From a virus: DNA of 35,481 nucleotides. The stretch covers positions 1 through 35,481 of the IMG/VR virus record IMGVR_UViG_3300005069_000003; one strand, 5' to 3'. Shown here in pieces: positions 17,701-26,390 of the stretch. Position numbers and translations under genes: made by a program. Every line of letters starts with the position of its first letter. Position 1 is the stretch's first letter. The notes below the pieces were generated by a model, which had not been told where the DNA came from, did not search any database, and worked only from the letters and a program-made list of their open reading frames with translations.

Positions 17701-17803
17701 ACAAGAAGGGTACAAAGACCAGAGCGCGCGCGTTAGGTTTTTAACCACACTTTTAATCACATCTAACAACAGAAAAGGCTCAGATAATGGCAACAAGCGT
17801 TAA
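14759..17803 (+). CDS. Internal virion or ejection protein with an N-terminal lambda-R-like lytic transglycosylase domain
   Basis: 1014 aa. LLDTIAFAEGTD..GYNTLVGG...HP...STAFGRYQI...DFTPETQDLAAV..L....GAL......G.......NIWVSLPGS is colinear with phage lambda R. A/G/P-rich central region. Confidence 0.8.
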   Translation: MAKKEDLELYAQYPSVRKLLDTIAFAEGTDKLHGYNTLVGGKKIADLSNHPNIVGLKTKDGASTAFGRYQITGSTWRGLQKKYGFSDFTPETQDLAAVALLKDAGALPAVLAGDLKGGIDKVKNIWVSLPGSNTKNQPEKSWGDIDKFLGTTNPFNQGTEHMRRKIGTPAQKDNSISLDKIFNDYIAGKMSEGAKQDFEQDVAAGVLMYPEHMRRKIGTPQPEPSLLDKAKDLFTGDLRKTQESQGLPDWESMPEMNDLSWAGAKTGLGTFISPTAEGVQTLKTNFPQVEVKQDTKGNYLIKSAMDGKWYSSKPGLTAADVIKTGAVAAASLAATPAALLARSGSVLGAAGLGAGTQAGIEGIQAATGGEFNPADIAIAGALGGAIPGVVGAVKAAKTPLNNILARVESRGLQQEVAALPHTPPMAAPTTRPTVVSMPDSLSTPPITQPPIDAATPMAAPATRVRATNIVEPIQPTTIPDEVPTVSTPEFLAAEQLTDTAKKAATGTFPGKAQATLAEQAAPDPEVLAAAQRLGIEDYLQPDHVTTNQVYRELAQAVKSVPGSTARASELEGLKEVAKRADDIITKIGTLDASELDYTVKEAMSRTQSELESRANVLYSQLRGSIPAKTSVNVDNIVNYIQSRADDLGGIKNLSPVEKTILSKLNPKNGTQPTYALLDDVRRDLTAARVKREGIFKDADSGQIKKLERELTKDQALIVDSFGATDIFRQARQAVAIRKSLEDDMQSLFGKELNNSMLPALKGSVEQLPAGNSQRFIKLLKLVPEAQRQEAVAAGLNTAFGKNARNGNLNFTTYTNWFEGLQRNKQSYAAIMSNLPPESVVQLKDLYKVSKGISLASKERIVTGRIMAVQEQFKNSDTIMGNIYDLAKKSSIGAVAGVVTAPIGGSAGVGLASGLTAALSRNRTKAIQAADKLISSPEFLGLVRKINLGIDPKNIAKSPEIKQTIQKMARSEKFINFMKAVKQEGYKDQSARVRFLTTLLITSNNRKGSDNGNKR
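15236..15264 (+). repeat. 29-nt perfect in-frame direct repeat, copy 1 (encodes EHMRRKIGTP)
   Basis: gagcatatgcgccgtaagataggtacgcc. Confidence 0.9.
15389..15417 (+). repeat. 29-nt perfect in-frame direct repeat, copy 2
   Basis: Identical 29-mer 153 nt (51 codons) downstream of copy 1. Confidence 0.9.
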
Positions 17804-19451
17804 AGCTCCCTTACCTCTATTCTTTGACAACTTTGGTGCGCCACTGGAGAATGGACAATTATTCTTTGGTGTCGTAGGGCAAAACCCTGAAGTATCCCCG
17901 GTACCAGCTTATTGGGATCCAGCACTAACACAACCGGCGGCACAACCTATACGTACTACTTCAGGTGCTGCCACGAAGGTTGGTACACCAACTAATGTTT
18001 ACGTCGGTAGCGCCTACAGCTTAACGGTTAAGAACAACCGTGGTGAGTTAATGTATTATATCGCGGATTCAAGTGAATACGATGCTGATATAACACTAGA
18101 TACTAAGCTTACAGCTGTTAGTAGTACGCTCCAAGCTTTTACAACCAATCTAGCCAATACTTCAAATATTGCTTACGGCGACGCCTTAGTGGGGGTGAAG
18201 AAGTCATTTGCTACATCTGTAGGAAGAACACAACACTCTGTGAATGAAGAGACTGTAAGCGTCATTGATTTTTACAATCCTTTGAGTGAAAATATCTCTG
18301 TTGGGTTACAACGCGCCATCGACTACGTAAAAACCCTACCTTATGGCGGTGCTGTCTATGTGCCACCAGGCACTTACATCCCGACTACTCAGGTGGTCGT
18401 AGGTAACCCTGGGTATAATAAATATGTCACCTTATACTCTAATAACGACGCTAACTTCGATATCCAAAACTTTACATCTTCCCCATTCCTAGATATCGGC
18501 ACAGCCACAGCGCAAGGGAACTGTAACTTTATTTTACGTAACATCAATGCTTTTAGCAGTAATGGTGGTAATGGTAAATTTAGCCGCGCCCGCAATGCTA
18601 ATGGTACCCGCTTTATAGGTAACTTCATCCACGACGTTAGCCAAGTAATGGACTCTAGCGACTCATACCTTGTACGTTTTGAACACAACCATTTTAGAAG
18701 TGTGAAAGAGTACTGCTTTACAAGCTCCACCGCATGCCATGGGTTTAAGTCTATTACGAACTTTTATTATGATTGTTGCTACCAAGTCTCTTACGGGGCA
18801 CCTATTAATATAGCCGCCGCTAGCGATAATATCGTGATTGATAATAATACTTTTGAGGGATGTCGACGCGTTATGGCATTTGCTGGTGGTACATCAATCT
18901 CTTTTGAAAAAAACTACATGGAATATTTTGGTTCTAATACGCCCATTGATTCAGTTGCTGTTACCTATGGTTTTAATTTTTCAGAAAATTGGATTAACGG
19001 CGACAACGGCTCAGGGGGGAAGTATACTTGGATTATGCCCAACTTCCAAGGTGGTAAGATTGAACATAATAGGTTCGTGAACATAGATGTGACGTTTCAA
19101 GGTAACACCTACGATGGGTACCAAACAGGCAACAGTTCATACAACACAACCTTACCCGCAGTGCCGGCACGTACAGCTACTTTATTAAATGGCCACTCCG
19201 GCTCTGTTACATTTACAAAAATTAATGGTGTTGTGTATCTAGGCGGGTTTATCACTACCGCAACAAATGGTGCAGCTGTGATTAATTTACCAGTTGGTTA
19301 TAGACCCGGTGGTACAATCAATTTTACAGCTTATGGATCAACAACGCAGCAGGGTACCGTGACGGTTGACGCCGTTAATGGTAATGTCGTAGTTGTTAGT
19401 ATCCATACATCAATAACGTTTTCTAGCATCTCTTTTATTGCTACAACTTAA
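17787..19451 (+). CDS. Tailspike with pectate-lyase-like right-handed beta-helix (putative depolymerase)
   Basis: 554 aa. Tailspike-type N-terminus (PLPLFFDNFGAPLENGQLFFG). VSVIDFY...LQRAIDYV...GGAVYVPPGTY is typical of the pectate-lyase-3-type beta-helix entry. Confidence 0.65.
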   Translation: MATSVKAPLPLFFDNFGAPLENGQLFFGVVGQNPEVSPVPAYWDPALTQPAAQPIRTTSGAATKVGTPTNVYVGSAYSLTVKNNRGELMYYIADSSEYDADITLDTKLTAVSSTLQAFTTNLANTSNIAYGDALVGVKKSFATSVGRTQHSVNEETVSVIDFYNPLSENISVGLQRAIDYVKTLPYGGAVYVPPGTYIPTTQVVVGNPGYNKYVTLYSNNDANFDIQNFTSSPFLDIGTATAQGNCNFILRNINAFSSNGGNGKFSRARNANGTRFIGNFIHDVSQVMDSSDSYLVRFEHNHFRSVKEYCFTSSTACHGFKSITNFYYDCCYQVSYGAPINIAAASDNIVIDNNTFEGCRRVMAFAGGTSISFEKNYMEYFGSNTPIDSVAVTYGFNFSENWINGDNGSGGKYTWIMPNFQGGKIEHNRFVNIDVTFQGNTYDGYQTGNSSYNTTLPAVPARTATLLNGHSGSVTFTKINGVVYLGGFITTATNGAAVINLPVGYRPGGTINFTAYGSTTQQGTVTVDAVNGNVVVVSIHTSITFSSISFIATT

Positions 19452-19462
19452 GGGTATAAGCT

Positions 19463-19738
19463 ATGTCACCAATCTTAGACCAACAGATTTTTAACGTCTT
19501 ATTCGCTTTAGTAGGTGCATTGGGTGGGTGGTGTTTCAAAACGATTTGGGGCGCTATTAAAGATTTACAGCTTGAAAATAAACAGTTCACAGAAAAGGTG
19601 TCTAAGGTAGAGATATTGATTGCAGGCAACTATGCCAGTAAGGCAGATTTAACTAACGCAATGACCCAAATCACAACGCAATTGTATTCTATTGAGAATA
19701 AGATTGATAAAAAAGAAGATAGAAAGACCCCCCACTAG
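19463..19738 (+). CDS. Holin candidate (single TM plus coiled coil)
   Basis: 91 aa. TM segment FNVLFALVGALGGWCFKTIWGAI. Immediately upstream of the endolysin. Confidence 0.4.
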   Translation: MSPILDQQIFNVLFALVGALGGWCFKTIWGAIKDLQLENKQFTEKVSKVEILIAGNYASKADLTNAMTQITTQLYSIENKIDKKEDRKTPH

Positions 19739-19753
19739 TTATAAAGGAAGTAT

Positions 19754-20242
19754 ATGATTGCTATTTTGTCGCAACCGACTTGGTTGAAAGAAGCCTATAA
19801 GCACAAAGGGTTAAAAGAAGTGCCCGGGGTAGGTGATAACCCAATTATCCAAACGTGGCTAAAACGCTTAGGCGCATGGTGGGATAAAGACTCGGTAGCT
19901 TGGTGTGGTGTTTTCACCGGTTGGTGTTTAAAAGCTGCCGGATTCCCTATACCTAAAAACTACTTTCGCGCTAAGGAATGGCTCACTTATGGGGAAGCCT
20001 GTGGTGCAGAGTATGGTGCTATTGCGGTATTGGGTCGTGTAGGTGGTGGGCACGTTGGGTTTGTTACAGCCGTCGCCCCCAATGGGGACTTCCAACTACT
20101 TGGCGGTAACCAAGGTGATAAGGTTTGCGAGGTGTGGTTTAAGAAAGACAGGGCTCTAGGCTTCCGGAAGCCGACTGGTGCAATTTTAAGTAAGATCACT
20201 ACAGTAGTAAGTACTGGGGAATTATCAAAATCGGAGGCTTAA
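19754..20242 (+). CDS. Endolysin-type cell-wall hydrolase (TIGR02594 / NlpC-P60-CHAP-like)
   Basis: 162 aa. DSVAWCGVFTGWCLKAAG (candidate catalytic Cys) and GGHVGFV (candidate His). Confidence 0.6.
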   Translation: MIAILSQPTWLKEAYKHKGLKEVPGVGDNPIIQTWLKRLGAWWDKDSVAWCGVFTGWCLKAAGFPIPKNYFRAKEWLTYGEACGAEYGAIAVLGRVGGGHVGFVTAVAPNGDFQLLGGNQGDKVCEVWFKKDRALGFRKPTGAILSKITTVVSTGELSKSEA

Positions 20243-20243
20243 T

Positions 20244-20645
20244 ATGCTTGAGATTATTAAACTAGACGACGGGCGTTCAGTTATTGAGCGTGCTGTAACT
20301 TGGCAGAACCCGCTAACGCTTAAAGTATTTTACGTACCCGCTGGTTTCGTAACTGATTTTGTTAGCACGAAGTTTTTAAAAATGCCAGCTAAATGCGATA
20401 TTGCAGCTGTGTTTCATGATGTGGATTATTGGTTCCAAAATAAAACAAGGCGCGAATCGGACTACGATTACAAGATGAACTTACAGGCATTTGATGTAAG
20501 TTCATGGGTGTACAACAGTCATCTTATGGCCTTACGTGCCTTTGGTTGGGTTGCTTGGAATGCTAACCATGAACAACGTAAGGTAGAAGGTGACGCTAAT
20601 AAAATCCTTGACACGTCTTATCTAAGCGACGTAAAACCCGTTTAA
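20244..20645 (+). CDS. DUF1353-like protein
   Basis: 133 aa. FYVPAGFVTDFVS...AAVFHDVDYW fits the DUF1353 pattern. GGAGG SD. Confidence 0.5.
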   Translation: MLEIIKLDDGRSVIERAVTWQNPLTLKVFYVPAGFVTDFVSTKFLKMPAKCDIAAVFHDVDYWFQNKTRRESDYDYKMNLQAFDVSSWVYNSHLMALRAFGWVAWNANHEQRKVEGDANKILDTSYLSDVKPV

Positions 20646-20784
20646 ATCGCATGACACGTATTAATGTAGGGTTTGGATGTAAATAAATATAACATTTAAA
20701 TACAAAATAAATAATATATCTTGTTACCTTGGGGTACGCTACTAACCCTAAAAATATCAAGAATGTTAAACCGATAAAAAACAT
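20596..20784 (-). CDS. Small membrane protein (62 aa), last gene of the minus-strand arm
   Basis: AGGAG SD overlaps the SNF2 stop (TAGGAGTTATTATG). N-terminal TM FFIGLTFLIFLGLVAY. The 3' end overlaps the convergent DUF1353 gene by 50 nt. Confidence 0.5.
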   Translation of the reverse strand: MFFIGLTFLIFLGLVAYPKVTRYIIYFVFKCYIYLHPNPTLIRVMRFKRVLRRLDKTCQGFY

Positions 20785-20792
20785 AATAACTC

Positions 20793-22328
20793 CTATATAT
20801 ATAACCTATAAAACTTAACACGCAACCTAGAAACCTTCATTTTAAACTTCTGGACACGGGACAAAGGATTTTTTTCTGAGAGTGCAGACGATAGGTCGTT
20901 TTGCACTACCTCCTTGCTCTCTAGGCGATTTAACACGACTTCATCTATCGTACCACGCGCGATTATGTGGTGAACAAATACTTTTTTACTGGTATTACCT
21001 TTCCGCAATACCCGGCGGTTAAATTGATCATATAGCTCATAATCCCAATTCATGGAAAACCAACACACATGATGACCTGATTCCTGTAGGTTTAGACCGT
21101 GCCCCATTGATTTTGGGTGACCGAAAAGTACCGGTAAATCACCTCTGTTCCATGCTTTGACAATCTCCGACACCTTCGAAGGGGTTACATCCCTCCCAAT
21201 GTACGGCACATCCTTACCAAATTCAAGTTTAATACGTTCTATATCATGGATAAAATCATAAGCAACAAGTAAAGGACTCCCCTGAAGCTCATCTATTAAG
21301 TCACGCAATGCTTCTATTTTTACATTATGCACTTCTTGCCACTTCCTATCATTCGAAGGTAGCCCTAAAGTACCAGGTTTAGCGTCGAGGTATATTGCCC
21401 CACTTGCCAATTGCCTGCACTTAGTACCCACAACAGCCTCACTAGAAGCTGTGATAATACCTCCAGGGCTTACCGCTATCAATTCCTTTTCTAGCTCATC
21501 ATAAATTTTCTGTGCTTCTGGGGGTAACGTCACATAAATATTATTCATTTTTAACTCTGGTAGAGTGAGATAATCCTCTGCACGCATTCTTAACATCAAA
21601 GGTTTGATCCGTTCGTATATCTCTTTTTCTGCACCAGGTCGCACAGACCATTTAAACTTATTCCACCCTTGTGTAAAATATTTTGATTTGTATTGGGTAA
21701 TGTATTTACCTAGTGCAATACCGCCATCAAGTATCAAACACTGCCCGAATAAGTCTAGTAGCCCATTAGGTGCGGGGGTGCCAGTTAAGCCCCACCTACG
21801 CTCAAAGGTATCCGCAACTTGCTTAACTAGGTTAAACCTCGATTTACCGGCGTGTTTAAACTTTGTTAGCTCATCAATAACTAGGGTATCAAACCTTAAA
21901 GACTTCCATCGCTCCATGTCTATTAGTAATTTACTACCAACTTTTTTAGGTTTACCAAATAACCAAGGCAGCCCTTCGTTATTAATAGCATAAATATCCG
22001 CTTCCTCCTCTAAAATCTTAGCTTTATCTTTGCCATGTAATACAACTATCTTAAGGCCATTAAATTCTAACCATTTACGCACTTCAGCTGGCCATACCTC
22101 ATAACAAACCCTAAGGGGGGCTATAAGTAGCACTTTTTTAATAACACCCAAGTCTTTTAAATACTTAATACTCGATAGTGTAGTAGATGTTTTACCGAGA
22201 CCCGGGTCAAGTAAAAGACCATTAACTGCTTTGTCTAGTTGCCATTGCCTAGCTACTAGTTGGTATGGTTCCGGAACCCAATGGATGGGCGGCTTTGATT
22301 GCCTCGATTGCTGATTGCTCATTGTCAT
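20793..22328 (-). CDS. SNF2-family (SF2) helicase
   Basis: 511 aa. Motif I LLDPGLGKTS and motif II VIDELTKFKH. C-terminal helicase lobe with GHGLNLQ. Confidence 0.85.
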   Translation of the reverse strand: MTMSNQQSRQSKPPIHWVPEPYQLVARQWQLDKAVNGLLLDPGLGKTSTTLSSIKYLKDLGVIKKVLLIAPLRVCYEVWPAEVRKWLEFNGLKIVVLHGKDKAKILEEEADIYAINNEGLPWLFGKPKKVGSKLLIDMERWKSLRFDTLVIDELTKFKHAGKSRFNLVKQVADTFERRWGLTGTPAPNGLLDLFGQCLILDGGIALGKYITQYKSKYFTQGWNKFKWSVRPGAEKEIYERIKPLMLRMRAEDYLTLPELKMNNIYVTLPPEAQKIYDELEKELIAVSPGGIITASSEAVVGTKCRQLASGAIYLDAKPGTLGLPSNDRKWQEVHNVKIEALRDLIDELQGSPLLVAYDFIHDIERIKLEFGKDVPYIGRDVTPSKVSEIVKAWNRGDLPVLFGHPKSMGHGLNLQESGHHVCWFSMNWDYELYDQFNRRVLRKGNTSKKVFVHHIIARGTIDEVVLNRLESKEVVQNDLSSALSEKNPLSRVQKFKMKVSRLRVKFYRLYI

Positions 22329-22554
22329 GTACCTGTACGTTATACCCTAGGCTTCTTATTAAGGTATGTATGTGTTTTTGTAATTTTCTAGGCGCCTCAC
22401 CGGGCGCTTTGAACTCAATAAAAAGTGGGGCACCATGGGGGATTAAGAATAATCTATCAGGGTACCCCGCCACATGGAGTTTGATATTCACAACGCCAAA
22501 GTGCTTAAATACATAAGCACATACGTTGCGCTCAATTGTGGATTCTACACCCAT
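22249..22554 (-). CDS. VRR-NUC domain nuclease
   Basis: 101 aa. GYPDRLFLIPHGAPLFIEFKAPGEAPRKLQ matches the VRR-NUC PD-(D/E)xK core. 80-nt out-of-frame overlap with the SNF2 start. Confidence 0.75.
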   Translation of the reverse strand: MGVESTIERNVCAYVFKHFGVVNIKLHVAGYPDRLFLIPHGAPLFIEFKAPGEAPRKLQKHIHTLIRSLGYNVQVHDNEQSAIEAIKAAHPLGSGTIPTSS

Positions 22555-22817
22555 TATTTACTTTCAAAAGTGGCTTTAAAAAACTTACTATCAATCTGTA
22601 TTAAGTTCGCATCAATAATCTTAACCCGAACAAAATCTTTACCATCCAAGAATTCTTTATTGACCCTAAAAACGCTTTTAGTGCTTGCAAACTGTGGTGT
22701 ATGGCTTAGGCTTGCTAGATCAGACATAGTAAGCGCGTACTGGTCGTGTTCAAAACTAGTATAACCAACTCTTTTGAGTTCATTAGCTAGTATATTGCTC
22801 ATTTTTTGTGTTTTCAT
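22554..22817 (-). CDS. Hypothetical protein (87 aa)
   Basis: AACGAGGAG sits 7 nt before ATG 22817. TAATG overlap with VRR-NUC. Confidence 0.55.
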   Translation of the reverse strand: MKTQKMSNILANELKRVGYTSFEHDQYALTMSDLASLSHTPQFASTKSVFRVNKEFLDGKDFVRVKIIDANLIQIDSKFFKATFESK

Positions 22818-22855
22818 CTTCGTTCTCCTCGTTAAACACATTTATAGTATACAAA

Positions 22856-22883
22856 TTTTATAGCATTTGTAAAGGGGCAGTTT
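22856..22883 (-). promoter_or_regulatory. Candidate sigma70 promoter TTTACA-N16-TATACT
   Basis: Reverse complement of tgtaaa (22878-22883) and agtata (22856-22861). Overlaps the polA stop and precedes the 87-aa gene. Confidence 0.35.
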
Positions 22884-24777
22884 CATTATTTAAAATAACA
22901 CCCTTCTTATCATAGTCCATAAGTTCAGCCCAATTGGTATAAGACACTGAACCTTCGCTTAATATAGGCACATCAAACTCTACAGACTCCATAGCTTTGC
23001 GGAGTACCTCCATTTCACTAACCATTAAGTGGGTAGGTACGGATACCGTTATTTGATCGTGCACATTAAGCACGATCCTAGCATCCTTGTGCTTGACAAC
23101 GTGATAGCGTATGATCGCCTCCTTGGTACAATCGGCCGCGCTGCCTTGAATTAGGACATTAACCATTTTGTAGTCTTTTTCCCACACTCTACCATCTTCC
23201 ATGACCTCTGCCGGCTCACAATAATACATACGACCACCCCATGTTCGTAAATGCTGGTTTGCTTTCGCCCTAGACTTCATAATACTGTATAATTCTTTAA
23301 GACCAGGATATAAAGCTAACACACTATTTTTTAGCATTTTCGCCTCATCTTGGCTCATATCGTTTTTTTCGGCAAGTTTGGTAACCCCCATACCATAAAT
23401 TAAACCTAGATTGGTATTTTTAACGGCTTTGCGGTTGTAATGTAACCCCATTTTCTCTAACTCGGCTTTGGCATGATCATGTAAGTCGATCCATGGGTTT
23501 TTATTGTAGGTAGCTTGCAAAGCCCCATCCTCAAAGTGAGCTAAAATCCTTGGTTCTTGTTGTGAATAATCCCGGTCGATAAAGCAGTGCCCTTTAAATG
23601 GGGTTAGGTACTCGCGCACATTAGGTAGACCAAACTGCTGTATAAACAAAGACTTACCATTATCATCAAACTTTTTAGGGATGTTTTGAAAGTTTGGTGT
23701 CGATGACAACCGCCCCGTTCGTGTACCGATAGACCCATTACCTTTAGTAACTTTGGTTTGATTCCAAGTGGTGTAAATAACACCACCAGAAGTCTTTGCT
23801 GTAAGCTGCCAAGGCCTCATAAAGGTATTAAGGCAAGTGTTTAATTGAGCCCTATAGGTGATACCATCAAGTAGATATTTATCGCTAACACCTAATAATA
23901 AAGCATCTTTATTAGTTTGAAGTTTGCCTGTAGCTGTTTTTGGTAGCTTGCTGGTATCTACTTTACCAGCTGTAACCATAGCATGCACAAGCTCATCGGC
24001 TGAATCTAAATTAAAACCACCAAAATCACTACCTAAATAATTGAATAACCAAGTTTCAACCTCAAGCAAAACAGATACATACTTATCTATGTCCTTATTT
24101 AACGCCTCTACATCCACAGGTATACCTTGCCGATCCATCTCTAAGATAATAGGCATTAATCCTTGTTCCCGTTGGTATGCGTATAACATACCATTGCTAA
24201 CAATTCGTGAGTATAGTAAGTTAAATAACCCTTCTGTGCGCTCTACGTCACCATTGGCATACTCACCGACTAAACTACCAGGCGCATAGCTTAGGTAAGC
24301 ACCAAAATAGTTTGATGAATTCTTAGAATCACTAATTTTAATACCAGTAACCGGTTGCTCATTAATAAGCCACTCCCCCACAGCGTCGCGCTCCTCGGGC
24401 TTTAAACCAAGTAAACGCTCACTAGCTGGCTTTAACCCTAGTTGTGATTGGTGCGGGTCATCTAAGAATAGTAGAATCATAGTATCATGGACTTTGTGGG
24501 GGTGTAATGGGGTTGCCCCCATATGAACCTCCGCAACGTCCATATCAAACTTAGCATTGTGGCAAACAACACCATCTTCATGCTCAAAAGCTAAGCTCAA
24601 AGCCTCTTGCGCCTCCTCCTTTGTGCAATTGTTATCGCTAGCATGCCCCCATGCGTAGTACTTAGCCTCTACACCAGGGTACTTAATCGCCACCCCCACG
24701 GGTTTTGGTGGGTAATGGGGTCGTGACTGGATTTTCTCCGTCTCGAAGTCAATCGCTACTGGTTTTATTTTTTGCAT
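22858..24777 (-). CDS. Family A DNA polymerase with 3'-5' exonuclease domain
   Basis: 639 aa. Exo I AIDFETE and Exo II HNAKFDMDV. Pol motif A DYSQQEPRILAH, motif B RKAVKNTNLGLIYGMG, motif C NVHDQITV. Confidence 0.9.
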   Translation of the reverse strand: MQKIKPVAIDFETEKIQSRPHYPPKPVGVAIKYPGVEAKYYAWGHASDNNCTKEEAQEALSLAFEHEDGVVCHNAKFDMDVAEVHMGATPLHPHKVHDTMILLFLDDPHQSQLGLKPASERLLGLKPEERDAVGEWLINEQPVTGIKISDSKNSSNYFGAYLSYAPGSLVGEYANGDVERTEGLFNLLYSRIVSNGMLYAYQREQGLMPIILEMDRQGIPVDVEALNKDIDKYVSVLLEVETWLFNYLGSDFGGFNLDSADELVHAMVTAGKVDTSKLPKTATGKLQTNKDALLLGVSDKYLLDGITYRAQLNTCLNTFMRPWQLTAKTSGGVIYTTWNQTKVTKGNGSIGTRTGRLSSTPNFQNIPKKFDDNGKSLFIQQFGLPNVREYLTPFKGHCFIDRDYSQQEPRILAHFEDGALQATYNKNPWIDLHDHAKAELEKMGLHYNRKAVKNTNLGLIYGMGVTKLAEKNDMSQDEAKMLKNSVLALYPGLKELYSIMKSRAKANQHLRTWGGRMYYCEPAEVMEDGRVWEKDYKMVNVLIQGSAADCTKEAIIRYHVVKHKDARIVLNVHDQITVSVPTHLMVSEMEVLRKAMESVEFDVPILSEGSVSYTNWAELMDYDKKGVILNNETAPLQML

Positions 24778-25003
24778 TTATCACCTCGTCTATTTTAGTT
24801 TTAGCTTCTAATCGTTTTAATCGTGAGATTCTAGCGTCTATCCGACGAATAAACACACGACGGGAACGCCCGTTAAGCTCTTGCTCTAGTAGTGCCTCAC
24901 ACGTAGCGATATCTTTTACAGCCATTAGGTACTCATTTAATATTGGCCATGTCTGTAGGTATGCATTGCCCGGTGGCACCAATTTATATTTTTTTACTTT
25001 CAT
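24749..25003 (-). CDS. Hypothetical protein (84 aa)
   Basis: GAGGA SD before ATG 25003, preferred over the TTG at 25018. 29-nt overlap with the polA start. Confidence 0.5.
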   Translation of the reverse strand: MKVKKYKLVPPGNAYLQTWPILNEYLMAVKDIATCEALLEQELNGRSRRVFIRRIDARISRLKRLEAKTKIDEVINAKNKTSSD

Positions 25004-25014
25004 AAAAATGATCC

Positions 25015-25740
25015 TCAATATTTACGTTTTTTTGTGTCTTCTTGTGCGGCTTGTACAGGTGCCGTTAAAGCTATAGCCTCTACCGCCTTAACTAAACCCC
25101 ATAAGTCATCACGACCTTCAGTAATCTGATTGATCATAGTGAAGTCTAAAGACGTCTCTTTCACAGGGTTAACCCTAATACGGGTAATAAAATCACCAAT
25201 GTAACTAGTCTTAGGTAAAGATTTTAAGTACTTTGCATAAGCTGTTAAAGTAGCTGGAGGAATTAAAATAGAGAATACATCCCCTTCTGTTAGTGAATCG
25301 GTACCAGCCTTTAGGCGGTCGGCAGTAATGAAGAATAGGCGTCTTTTTTCACGCGCCATTTTACCATTGCCGCTACCGGATTGGCTAGAACCAAATTGGC
25401 ATGATGGGTGTGTAGCACACTTAACCCCGGCGTAACCTTCTTCTGAATCGCTAGTAAATACTAGGTCGCTATAACGCAACCCGAAAGCTTTAGCAATGGG
25501 TGGCGCTGTACTGGATGGGTTATAAGCCTCACCAAAAACTGCTATATCCCACGGATCAGTCAAGATAACGACATCAATAGACTTATTGATAACTGGCGCA
25601 CCAGATGGGGTAAATATAGATTTGTCCTTGAATGAGTAGCTAGGTATACCCATACCCGAGAGCTCCTCTGCAACCTCATTGATCCTAGCGTTGCGCTCAT
25701 CTTCGATGGACATTAATTGCGTATTGTTTTCTGTAGTCAT
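25015..25740 (-). CDS. Hypothetical replication-module protein (241 aa); sits where an SSB or annealing protein usually lies, but no motif was recognised
   Basis: AAGGAG SD. Position between polA and the early genes. Confidence 0.5.
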   Translation of the reverse strand: MTTENNTQLMSIEDERNARINEVAEELSGMGIPSYSFKDKSIFTPSGAPVINKSIDVVILTDPWDIAVFGEAYNPSSTAPPIAKAFGLRYSDLVFTSDSEEGYAGVKCATHPSCQFGSSQSGSGNGKMAREKRRLFFITADRLKAGTDSLTEGDVFSILIPPATLTAYAKYLKSLPKTSYIGDFITRIRVNPVKETSLDFTMINQITEGRDDLWGLVKAVEAIALTAPVQAAQEDTKKRKY

Positions 25741-25810
25741 TGTAAAAACTCCTTTTTGTGACTTTGAACTTTGGTTGACGCTGTTTTAAACCTTGCGACC
25801 CGGTTATTCT

Positions 25811-26197
25811 TTAGACTTTGGTTACTGATAAGTTCACGACTGTGAACTCGCCGATACCATCTATCTTCTCGCCAGCTTGCCAACGTTCTTTAACAGCGGC
25901 ATCTGATACTCTACGTTGTAATAGGTCAAACTGCCCAGTGCTTAGGATGTGGGAGTAAACCTTATCCCAATCTTGCACCGATGGTACAACCTTCTCTACC
26001 ATAGCAACTTTAGCGTAAAGACCTGATATACCTGTGGCACCTTGCGCAACTAAAGCATCTTTGATGTGTTGTGCAAGGTAAGACTCCTCACGTACCATAG
26101 CGTCAATGATTTTTTGTTGCGCTAGTCGTTGCTTTTTTAAGTCTTGCAACTTATCTACACAAGCGGCTAAGGTTTCTGGTATATTATATTCATCCAT
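25811..26197 (-). CDS. Hypothetical protein (128 aa)
   Basis: GAGGAG SD. 8-nt ATGGATGA overlap with the upstream gene. Confidence 0.55.
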   Translation of the reverse strand: MDEYNIPETLAACVDKLQDLKKQRLAQQKIIDAMVREESYLAQHIKDALVAQGATGISGLYAKVAMVEKVVPSVQDWDKVYSHILSTGQFDLLQRRVSDAAVKERWQAGEKIDGIGEFTVVNLSVTKV

Positions 26198-26390
26198 TTT
26201 TATTCTCCTCTTTTAGTTTAATTAGTTCATCCTTGACCGTATGAAGGTACCTGATAAAATCTTCGTCTTTTTTCTGTAAATCTTCTAGTATCTTTATCTG
26301 CTCACGTACCCTTAACAAGAGACTTGTGCATAAGAAGGCAAGGATACCTAGAACGATGTTTAATATAATTAAAAATGTATCTTCGCTCAT
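26190..26390 (-). CDS. Small membrane protein (66 aa; one TM plus charged helix)
   Basis: TM segment FLIILNIVLGILAFLCTSLLL. ACGAGG SD. Confidence 0.55.
   Translation of the reverse strand: MSEDTFLIILNIVLGILAFLCTSLLLRVREQIKILEDLQKKDEDFIRYLHTVKDELIKLKEENKNG

Noticed and set aside
20646-20792. AT-rich imperfect palindrome (tgtaaataaatataacatttaaataca), possibly a bidirectional terminator
   Set aside because: The stems are almost all A-T with several mismatches and there is no clear T-tract. It is not convincing as an intrinsic terminator.
21604-21993. 129-aa plus-strand ORF inside the SNF2 helicase gene. Similar ORFs lie at 22265-22516, 22474-22764, 24041-24289, 24705-25076, 28174-28473, 29595-29963, 33414-33641 and 33706-33906
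   Set aside because: They are antisense to motif-supported minus-strand genes, have low-complexity or odd composition, and lack RBSs.
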